From Podarcis gaigeae (Eukaryota): DNA of 64,000 bases. The notes beneath the pieces were generated by a model. It was given only the letters and a program-made list of their open reading frames with translations, made no database searches and was not told where the DNA came from. Positions 1 to 10,321 of this stretch are shown here, one piece after another. The stretch is from assembly GCA_964106915.2 (NCBI GenBank), contig OZ066919.1; one strand, written 5' to 3'. Made by a program: the position numbers and the translations under genes. Every line of letters begins with the position of its first letter. Within the stretch, counting starts at the first letter, position 1.

Positions 1-1968
1 TTGCCAATGTGATTTCTCCAGTCTAGGAGAAGGAACAGAGTGGGAGTAACCTCACTCCCTGTGGTTGAGGCCAAAAGACCAAAAACCTCCCCTGTTCCAC
101 CCCATCCCTTCCTCACACATATGGCCTGCCTTTGCATTTTCCTACCATGCTCTGATCAATACAAGAAAGAATATGGTTCCAACACCAAGTGGCAGCTTCC
201 TTTAAGGTGGGACTTATTGCTGCGTCATTATTATTTTTTAGCATCTAGCATATGATTGTTCAACATGGTGCCAGTCATCATAGATGCCAGTGACATGCTC
301 ATGTTTCAAGGAGAAATGAGCATATGGAAAAAAGAGTCATGCAGTGGGTGAAATATAATGGGTAGTATTCTGCTCCCATGTACACATGGGTGTCTTAAAA
401 TGATGACCACAAATAAGGAGCAAAATAAGTAAGTTTGTGTAATGCAGATTAGATAGAGCAAAACAACTTCTTCATCTTAAAATGAAGATTAATTTGTCAC
501 ATAAGAATCAATTTCGTTTTTGATTGACCTAGCTTTGCATAGCTGTTGAAGGATCATGGCGTTAAGCCTTCAGACCAATTATTGGTTTTGCTTCATTCTC
601 CAGGACTTGAGAAGTACTGCTGTGCATTTTTATTCAGAAGTAATCCGCAGTGTAATAAGAATTCGTTTAAAATAAGTGTACATAGGACTGCAGCTCTAGC
701 TGCCTTTAATCTTTCATCTACATTGGAATTCTCATCAAATGGTTAACATTTTATACCCTTCCTACAACAGGGTTCTTGTAGAAGCATTAGCCCCATAGAA
801 TCAGAGTCCTAAAGCAGGTGAAAAAGAATAATTTTGTATGGGAGAAAAGTCTAAAAGCAGAATTTGTATGCCACTTTCAGCAATGTTTGGGTGCTGCTAA
901 AATGTCCACATCGGGAAGAGTCCATAATTAGTTGAATATCTTAGTTTGTACATATCAGAGGTTCTATATTCACATGAAATAGGAAATTGCAGTGTGTTAC
1001 ATACTGTGAGCAAATGCTTCAAATTTACTTCTCTTGCACGTGAAGAGGAAATTTGAGAATCTGAAAGTTGATACAATAAACCATGGTTTAGTATTATGTC
1101 CGAATGTGGCCCATGCAAAGAGATAACCTTAGCAACTGTCGCTCTCCCTTGCAATTATTATTGACTACTATCCTTGGACAGTTAGAGGGTGTGATCTTAA
1201 GTTATGTGGAGATGGCATGTTTTTATAGCACGAGTCCACAAATGGCTACTAGTACTTAGTTATGTACTTACAAAGCTCTTTTATTTGGAGATCCTTTGCA
1301 GATTAGTCTGGGTACTGCATGAAGAAAGCTGATGCTTTCAAGAGTGATGGCATTTCTAAAATTAATCAATTTTCTTTACGTCATTTTGTTATTTACCAGT
1401 AGCTCCAGATTTGCATGGAGTCCAAACCGCATACAGATCAACTGGGCGTATTTTGAAAAACCACATGTCTGGAACAGGGAGTGAGGAGCCTGTGTCCCTC
1501 CAGATATTTTAAAACTCCATATCCTACCAGCTCCAGCCAGCAGAGCCAATTGTCAGGGCTGATGATAGTTTGATTACACAACACCCAGATGGACACAGGT
1601 TCACCACCCCTGGTCTGAAGAGATATACATTCCCTATTGGTTGGTTCGCACCTGTTGAACTTGCCAAACAAAAAAGGCTGACTCTGCTCTGTTTAATCAA
1701 ACAGTGGTGCCATCAGTTTGGGGAAGGGAGAGGCACAGCTTTGCACTTGGAACAGCTTGACAAGTATTGCACTTGTCTCAGTGTTTTGCTTCAAATCTGT
1801 GTGGCAACGAGGCAATCTCTCTGGATTTCTCTTTATTTATTCACTCATTTTTCAAACCATTCTGTAGCTGACCTTTAAAGTTTTTTAATGAGTTTCTCAG
1901 AAGACCTTTGCTTTTTTCCATAGTAAATGAGGAATGCTGCAGAGCAAAAAGACTCAGTAGCTAACTTT

Positions 1969-1971
<3 letters not shown>

Positions 1972-2003
<32 letters not shown>
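1972..2003. repeat. (TA)n microsatellite
   Basis: Direct reading. Confidence 0.95.
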
Positions 2004-2004
<1 letters not shown>

Positions 2005-3469
2005 CCCTGGTAGCTGCTGGGCTTTTAAGTTGATGGTGTCTTTATCTCTTGGCCAGAATGCTGTTCTTTTGAGGAACATCTCAGATGAAGAATAGCCATT
2101 TGTCTTTCTCCAGCTCCCTTTCATCTGAAAATCTGAAAGAGGTTCACAACCTCTACACACTTCTGCTTAGGCAGAAACTGGGCAGCAGCTAGGAGACAAG
2201 ACTGGAAGTTGAAGGCAGTTTGAAATAAGGGACACTGCTCCTGTTGTGTACATTCTGCCACTTTTGAATCTGGTAATTAGGTTTTGCAGGGATTTGTTTT
2301 GTTTCAGAAATCTACTAGAACTGTTTCAATGCAGGCAACTTAGCATGGCAAAAGAGATATGTGTGCATGGGTGCATGGGAAGTGAAGCCTCACACAAACT
2401 CCTTTCCACTCCCTGGAAAAATATTGGCTGTCTCCAGCCTAGAGATGTTGGAGCATTCAGATGAAAATGGAAACAAGAGTGTAAATTGGCAATGTTTGCT
2501 GATTTGTCTCATGTCTAGAATAGAAATCAACCCAACAAATACAATCAGTATTCACTGTTGTTGTTTTCAGTCTGCAAATGATGCATAACAACATGTAATT
2601 GATGACTACCCCCCACCCGATTTACATTGTGTTTCATTTCCATTGGAAATGAATGGGAAAATGTAATGATAATGTAATTCACAACTCCACCATAGCAGAT
2701 GGCAAGATGACTAACATATTTTTCTCAGAACCTGAACTGCAGCTGAATGGAAACAGCACTGCCAAATGCAGAGCAGAGCAAAAACCAATGCCTTCTTAAA
2801 CCCCTGTACCAGCCCCATGTTCTTTCCAACATATCCCATACGCTATATGATGACTGTGAACTTGCCGCATGGTCATGATGTTTAACAGCTCACAAAATCA
2901 GTGAGCCTCCCTCCTTTCTCTGCATGCAGTTATTAAAGCAGGTGTGCAGGGCAAGGGAAGGATATGACCTGGGGAGAGTGCTGAGGGCCAGGTAGAGATA
3001 CCTGGAGGGCCACATCCAGGCCCCAGACCTGAGGGCCACCCCCCATTAAGCAGATAACAATACACTAGTTAATGCCCATATGATTTAGGTTTCCTTTTCA
3101 AAAGTGTCAGAATCTGTGCAAACCAGCCTGTGCACTGAGGGAAGTGATCCTAAATACACCAAAAGGGCAGGGGCGGGAATCTAGGGCCCCAAATGATTAG
3201 TATGGGGTTGACTTGCCATATTTTGAATCAAGTGAAGCAATACACAGGGGCCCCCGTAAGCCCATTAAGTCCAGAGCCTCAAGTTACCTAACTGCACCAC
3301 TGCTAATGGATGCTAAAAATGATTCCAACTAGCATATGCTCTGCTCAGCATCCCCACCAGAAAAAAAAATTGTAACAAAAGTGAACTAAACCGTGTGCAA
3401 ACTTACTGTTGTAAAAGACGTGAAAAGTTAGGGGAGAGATTATTGAGATTTGCTACTGATATACTACTA

Positions 3470-4457
3470 CCGTATTTTTCGCCCTATAAGACGCACTTTT
3501 TCCCCTCCAAAAATGAAGGGGAAATGTGTGTGCGTCCTATGGGGCGAATGCAGGCTTTCGCTGAAGCCTGGAGAGCTAGAGGCGTCAGTGCGCACCGACG
3601 TCTCTCGCTCTCCAGGCTCCAGGAAGCTATCCGCAAGCATTGCACGCCCGGAGGGAGTTCCCCCGGGCGCGCAAGGCTTGCAGGTGGCAGCCTGCAGCGC
3701 GGAGCACGGGGCGCCCTCCAGAGGACGCCCTGTGCTCCACGCAGGTGTCCGCAAGCCTTGCGCAGCCGGGGATCTCCCCCGGGAGCCGAAGGCTTGCGGG
3801 CGACAGTGCGGAGCACGGGGCACCCTTCGGAGGCCGCCCCGTGCTCCGCGCTGGTGTCTCCCCCCCCCCCCGTGAGCGCAAGGCTTGCGGGCGGCAGCCG
3901 GCAGCATGGAGCACGGGGCGCCCTTTGGAGGACGCCCAGTGCTTCGCGCAGGTGTCCGCTAGCCTTGCGCAGCCGGGGGATCTCCCCCCGAGAGCGCAAG
4001 GCTTGCGGGCGGAAGCCGGCAGCATGGAGCACGGGGCGCCCTTTGGAGGCCGCCCCGTGCTCCGCACTGGTGAGCGCAAGGCTTGCGGGTGGAAGCCGGC
4101 AGCACGGAGCACCAGGCGCCCTTCGGAGGCCGCCCCGTGCTCCGCGCTGGTGTTGGCAAGCCTTGCGCACCCGGGGGGCGCGTGGGGCACCCTGAAACAG
4201 AGGGTTCCCCATGCTGCGGACTGTAGCCTGCCGCCCGACGCGCGGGGCGCCCTGAAGCAGAGCGCCCCTCGCGCCAGGCAGACATGGGCCAGCCCCACAA
4301 GCTCGGGGGACAGCGGGGTGGCGCAGCACCGCCATCCCACTGTTCCCCGACCTGGTTTTGGGGGGGGAAATAAAGGGAAAAAAATTTCCTTTATTTCCCC
4401 CCCAAAAAAGTAGGTGCGTCCTATGGGACCGAGCGTCCTATGGGACGAAAAATACGG
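3470..4457 (+). mobile_element. Non-autonomous Tc1/mariner (Tc2/pogo-type) element with internal GC-rich hairpin array, in FMOD intron
   Basis: TA-CCGTATTTTTCG...CGAAAAATACGG-TA termini. No transposase. Five internal copies of a palindromic module. Confidence 0.85.
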
Positions 4458-5960
4458 TATATAGTGCCATCAGTATGTGTGATGCTTTATAAAACACAAG
4501 ATGACAGGTCCCTGCCCTAAGGAGCTTACAATCTAAGATTTTTAGAAGGTAACAATCAGTGTGAACATGACACTATTCACGCACAGTATCTGCAACTTGG
4601 GATCATCCCCTAATTTTCAACACACTAAAGGAATTACTTTTCACCAATACAATAATTCACTTGGGAGATTTATTGTCAAAAGATGTTTGCTCAGCCATGA
4701 GAGTAAATGTATTTGCAAATGATTCTGCGAGTGCATGGAGAATAGAATTACCCTTTGCTTCATGCTAGCCAAAAGGTCAGTCACCAGGCTCCAAGAGAGT
4801 GTGGTCTGAAGGCACATGGGATTTACTGAAGGTAAGCAAATCAGTACCTGGATTGTAGAGCTCCTGCGAACCATATGTTACACCACCATGGGTTTCACGG
4901 TGGAAGAAAGGCAGGATATAAACCTGGGAAAACAAATAAGGTATATATTTAGCAACCAGTAAAAGATGGATCTCATGCCTAGGCAGCAAGCTTGCATATG
5001 GGATCAGTCAGGCAACTGTGGGAAGCCAGAATGCTTTCATGTGGACTGCTGGCCTGACTCAGCCAGGATGGCAGTTTGCAATGGCCTAGCATACTTCTGC
5101 TCTTCCCCAATTCTCGTCTTGACTCACTCTCTACATTTTACTTTCCATAAAGAGTTTCTTGCACAGCAGCAATCATGCAAGGCATATCTGGCCCAGCCAG
5201 CAGCCTTCCCCTTCCTCAACAAAGTGTGAAAGATGGACTCTTGCATTTCCAAATCTGTCCAGTGTTATACTGCCCTTACAGCATATGCAGTTTTTTCCGG
5301 TTTTAAAGCAGCAGCAGCTGTTTCAAGGAAATGTATAAATTTGCTGCCAAGTTCTAGACTTTGGTTGCCCTCTGGCTGCTTATAAGAAGCATTGCAGCAG
5401 GACACACACCTCCATTAATCCATTTCCCTGCACCCTGTCTTTGAATCTTTCAGAGTTCACTGAAGGATTAGGGGTGCTTCTATTTAAAACAACAACAACA
5501 GAGAGGGATGCTAGAGCTTGAGTCTAATATTCTGCATGGTCTCTTTGTATTCTCTTGACAGTAGGGAATCCTTTCCCCAGAGATATTTCAGCTTCCATAA
5601 AGCATTGCTGTCCTTCATATAGAGCCCATCGAGATGCAAAGCACTTTACAGAGTAAGCAACAAAAAGACTGGGTCCATTGACAGGAGAAAGGCAATAAAT
5701 AAATGGAAGGAAGATGGAAAAGAGAGTAAGCAATAAAATAATATACTAATAATATTACTTTATTTACACAAAGGCTACATTGCACACATATGAAGCACAT
5801 TTAAGGCTCATGACTCTTCCCAAGGAATCCTGAAAATGGTAGTTTTTCGCAAAGTTATAATTCCCACCACTATTAACAAATGACAGTTCCCAAAATTCTT
5901 TAGAGGAAGTAGTGTGCTTTAAATGTGTGGTGTGTATGCAACCATTGTGTTAACTAGCAG

Positions 5961-6098
5961 CAGTGCTATTTCTCTAGAAAAAGAAGTGCCGGAACTCACC
6001 ATGAATGCCTCCCTTTTTCTCTTTTAATGGCAATGGCGCCCACCTGAGAGGTGCCGGAACTGAGTTCTGGTGATTTCTGGCTGGGAACAAAAGCCCTG
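5961..6098 (+). mobile_element. hAT-type MITE family (other copies 51217-51359 on - and 51811-51930 on +)
   Basis: Three copies share CAGTGCTATTTYTCTAGAAAAAGARGTGCCRGAACTC...AAAGCCCTG. Confidence 0.7.
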
Positions 6099-7464
6099 AT
6101 TAATAGTAAGAATACTTTTTAACCCTTCTTTAAACTTCTGGATGCAGATCTCAAAGTGGCATATTGCATACAAGAGAGCCTAAAGATGGCCTCAGACTGT
6201 CACAATTTTATGGGAGGGATTCAAGTGTATTGGAACTTTTGATTTGCACAATTAAAACTCTGCCATCCTAGCACAAGAAATCTACCTTAAAAAGATCCTG
6301 ACTTTTTGTGGTTTGGAAACTGATGAGGAAATGCCTTGAAAATTGTGAGACAAATAAATGATTAAGAGGAAGACATGTAAACACCCCACAAGCCAATCAG
6401 GATTAATACTCATTGGCATATAACCACTGTAAACAAATAGGGGAGGGGAGCTCAAAAAAGACTAGACATAGACTAACTACCATGCAAACTTTCTGCAAGC
6501 AAATCTGGTTGAATGCTTAATAAACACCCCAGGAAGAATTGCTGGGGTGCTTCCAGGGGTGGATTATTTAACAACACTGCCATTGCTGTTCAGCTTTAAG
6601 TTACAATAACCACTCATATCATAGAATTGTAGAGTTGAAGTGCAGGGATATCAATTAGATCATACATGATAGATGCCCCCCTCAAAAAACCTCTGCTTAA
6701 AAACCTCCAAGGTTAAGTATTCTTGACTACTAACATTCTGTAGCCAAGTGGACAGTCCCAGCTTTCCTCAGCCCCAAACGTTGGGAGAAGGCAGGGGTGG
6801 GAGGCAATTCCACAAGAAATTACAGCATGAACAGTGTGTACTGATGTAATTGACAATTTATTTTCTGGATCCCAGCTCCTCTTGGGAGGAGGAAAGACCG
6901 TCTCTCGGTCTAAAAGATGGAAATGAGTTGAATTCAGAATGCAAAAATGCTACAGTGTATAAAACGTCCCTAATCCCTGGTATTTGTGATTCTTCATGGA
7001 ATAGGGTGCAATTTAAACTGTGATTTCTCTATCGTCCATGAAAATGGCCTAAAACGTTAGGCCTTCAAAAATATTAAATCCTCCAGCAGCTCCTGCTGCG
7101 TCAGCTTTATGGCAGGAGCTCAGCAGACTAGCTAAAGAAAATCTGCTCTTTACTCAGGCTTCATCCTCGCCGAGACGTCAAAGGTCAGTGTGCTGAATTT
7201 CCAGCAAATTACCATCATAATTTTACATCTGGTACCCTTGCTTCTGGAATGCAGGTGGTGAGAAAGCTACTCTTGGGGTGTATACAGTTTTAGGATAACT
7301 GCAGCTTCTCAGGAACCGGTTCATTCCTGAATTGGGAATTAGATACTCATGCGGTTGTTTGCCTGTGTGTGCATGTAGTTCATATTAATACTTGAAAAGC
7401 ACTAATCCAGACATTTGGTTAGAAGAGCCGAAGTGATGCAAGATTCCTTTCTTCTTCTTCCCAG

Positions 7465-7616
7465 AATTCACCATCAGCAGCTTCTGCACCATCGTAGACA
7501 TCATGAATTTTTCCAGGCTACAAGTTTTGAGGTTGGACGGGAATGAGCTCCGTCGGAATAACCTGCCCTCCGACGCCCCACTCTGCCTGCGATGGGCGAG
7601 CGTAATAGAGATTTAG
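7465..7616 (+). CDS. FMOD: Fibromodulin, last coding exon (partial gene; upstream exons lie before the window, 1-7464 is intron)
   Basis: Pyrimidine tract tttcttcttcttcccAG (AG 7463-7464), then phase-1 exon reading (E)FTISSFCTIVDIMNFSRLQVLRLDGNELRRNNLPSDAPLCLRWASVIEI* with TAG at 7614-7616. Matches the fibromodulin C-terminus (final LRR, two terminal Cys, NFS sequon). Too short for the ORF track. Syntenic with BTG2. Confidence 0.95.
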
Positions 7617-9152
7617 CCATTGCTCCGGATCCTTTCCTTAACCCCTTCCCTCCTTACAAGGCCAGACCCCTCCTGCGATCACACGGGAGCGCAGAGGCCA
7701 ACATTCTCAATTTTAACGCTGCTTCATTTGACTCAGCTTCTGCATTTATATAATGTAAGGGGGGGTTGATAAACTTGATCCAACAGATGCTGCCCCATTA
7801 TTAGCCAGTCAGGTGACAACAACTATGCAGGCAAAAAAATATTTATTTTTTTTTGCCCACCTTCTTTCAGTCTCTTCAGCAACTAATCAGTTATTTGGTC
7901 TTCATGCTGTCAGGCAGCGTGTATCTCTCCATTTAGGTGGGTGGTAAGGCAAGCTTTTGTTTCATTTCACATGTATAGCTTTAGAAGTTTGATGCCAGCT
8001 GGGATGCCTTTGGGATTTGTTTTTCCTTGTAGGAGGGTCGCCATGAGAGAAAGAGTGTGTACATGGTGGGGGCGGATGAGATTGAATCCAAACAAAATGA
8101 AAACAGATTAAACAGTTGCCCACACAGCAAGGAGCAATTAGAGACAAGAGGGTGGGGAAATGGGGAAAAGAGAAAAGGAGAGAGAAAATTACTAACATGA
8201 GAGGATCCAGGTCTTTAGCTGGTTTTCAAAGATGAATAGAGCTCCCCTGGTGATGACTTGGCTTTTTCTCCCCCTCTTTTCAATTTATTTGGTTTTCTAT
8301 GCTGATTAAAAGTCCTACAAATAAATGCAATAGCATAAGTTATCTAATCTTAGCAAACTAATATCATCCACAATGTGTTCACAATTTACCCTGGAAAGAC
8401 ACAAATTTTTCTGATATTCCTGCAGTTCCAGAGGGAGCAACTTCCCCATTTTTTACCATCCTTACATTTTCCTCAATTTAACAACCATGTATTATTCTCC
8501 CTATTGATTTTTAATTCTTATTTCTTATTTCTTCCAGTTTTGTGCAATCTGTAATGTTGTAACGGAAAGATTTAATCCAGCGGGGATTTTGACACTGTTG
8601 CATTTAGATAAAGAGCAGCCATTGGATCAAATAGTAAAAGGGTCCCCACAATCTAATATAGGTTTTATTGTTTATATGTGTAGGTCCATCATACATGTAG
8701 AAAATTTCCTCTGTCTGTACCATAATTGTAGGAGGAAAAAATCCTTTCATTTTCAGAGGAAATAAATTTTTATGGATTTGTAAATTTTTGATAGCATTAA
8801 GCCTCAGTTGGGGCTTTGAACACACTGCATATCATTAATCTCTTCCAACCCAGAAAGGAAAGAGTTTTTTTCCAACCTCTGCTATAATGCAGTTCAGTTT
8901 ATTAGCCAGTGCTTGCAGAAGACATATTACTTTCCATGCACTCCTTGGGTGCATATAAAGAATGCTGCAGTTATTGAAGCAACATTCCTGGCCAGTTATA
9001 AAATACAACATGAGCCAAGTTGGCATTAAAATACCTGGCAAGACTCACCATCATTCAGTAAAGCAGATGACTTGACTTGCCAGCATAGCATGAGAAACTG
9101 GGGGCTTTATAATTGTACTGCTCTACAAGTGCCCATTCAGGTACTGCAGTTC

Positions 9153-9158
9153 AATAAA
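9153..9158 (+). terminator. Candidate FMOD polyadenylation signal (alternative AATAAA at 9527-9532)
   Basis: AATAAA followed by T/GT-rich sequence about 1.5 kb after the stop; the second candidate also has a T-rich downstream tract. Usage cannot be determined from DNA alone. Confidence 0.45.
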
Positions 9159-10321
9159 AGTTGTATCCCAAATTGTTTTGTACAGCAGAATCCCATTCTA
9201 GCGTCCCATGTGTTTCATTGCATTTGTTGTAACTTGTTTGCTTGGCTATAGAGTTGTCTCAGCTGAATTTCATACACATGGCAGCACCAGGTCTTGCTCT
9301 AAGAATGTATGCTTCTTTCGTCTCGAGGTTCTTCCCCCTCATTCACTCAATCCTTTCATTTGTGTGTGGCTCACGGAGGAGAGGAGACGTAGAAGGAGGA
9401 GCAAATGAGTTTTACGGGGATCTTGGGAAGTTCAAGATGCCATCGAAACTGCCTTGTGTTTAAAGTGTATGCTGATAATATAAAAGAAATATATAAAAGC
9501 ATGAATTGTAGATATCATTACTGATCAATAAAACCCTTTTTGTAATTGCATGGGATGCCTTCGAAACTACCATTTACCAGATTACATTTGAAATATCTGA
9601 TGTGATCAAGGAAAGAAATGAAGCCTCCCTTGGATGATTGGAAGAGATTAAGGTAGAATCTACATACATATAAAAACCGTTCTGAAAAAGTGTTTTTAAA
9701 AATACATTGAATCTTCCATAAGGCTCACCATCGCTATCTAGTGTCACATTTTATATTGCACTTAAAACACACTTAAAATGTTTGATTTGCAGCTGTATAG
9801 TTGAGTCCTGAACTTGTTTCTTCATAGGACATTTGGGGAATCAGATACTTGTATTGGTAGTTACTGTGTACCTTCTCCACATGCCCACCCACACAGGAAC
9901 TCCAGCTCAGCAGGCCCGGCATGAGCATGATGAGTGTAGACCACATAGACAAAGGTGGGAGATCTTGCTAGGAAACTTTTCATATCACATTTTATTCTCT
10001 TGGAAAGGGGTCTGGTACTGCACTGCAAACTTTTTGCTTTAATGTTTATAGCCACACTGAAAGTGCAGCAAGATGCAAAGACAGACACACCTTAAAAAGG
10101 GTCTGGCGATCACTGTGGTTATAAAAATATGTTTCTTCACAAAATATCCTCCTGTTCGTCAGATTATCTCCAGTCAGTATTCACACTGGAAAATTTCTGC
10201 TTTAGAAACTGAGCCAGGATTCGGAGGTATTGCACTGTGAATTCCCTTATCACTGCACCCAATTTGTCAGGCTTCATCTACTTATAAAAGTAGCTAATGC
10301 AGCTGCAAATTGCATCCAATC

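Noticed and set aside
3701-4150. Palindromic repeats with variable spacing resembling a CRISPR or REP array
   Set aside because: The intervening sequences are themselves homologous, and the array lies within TA-flanked TIRs.
3395-4413. Seven overlapping ORFs of 113-283 aa on both strands
   Set aside because: They arise from the stop-poor, GC-rich palindromic interior of a MITE; Ala/Arg/Gly/Pro-rich repetitive translations with no transposase motifs.
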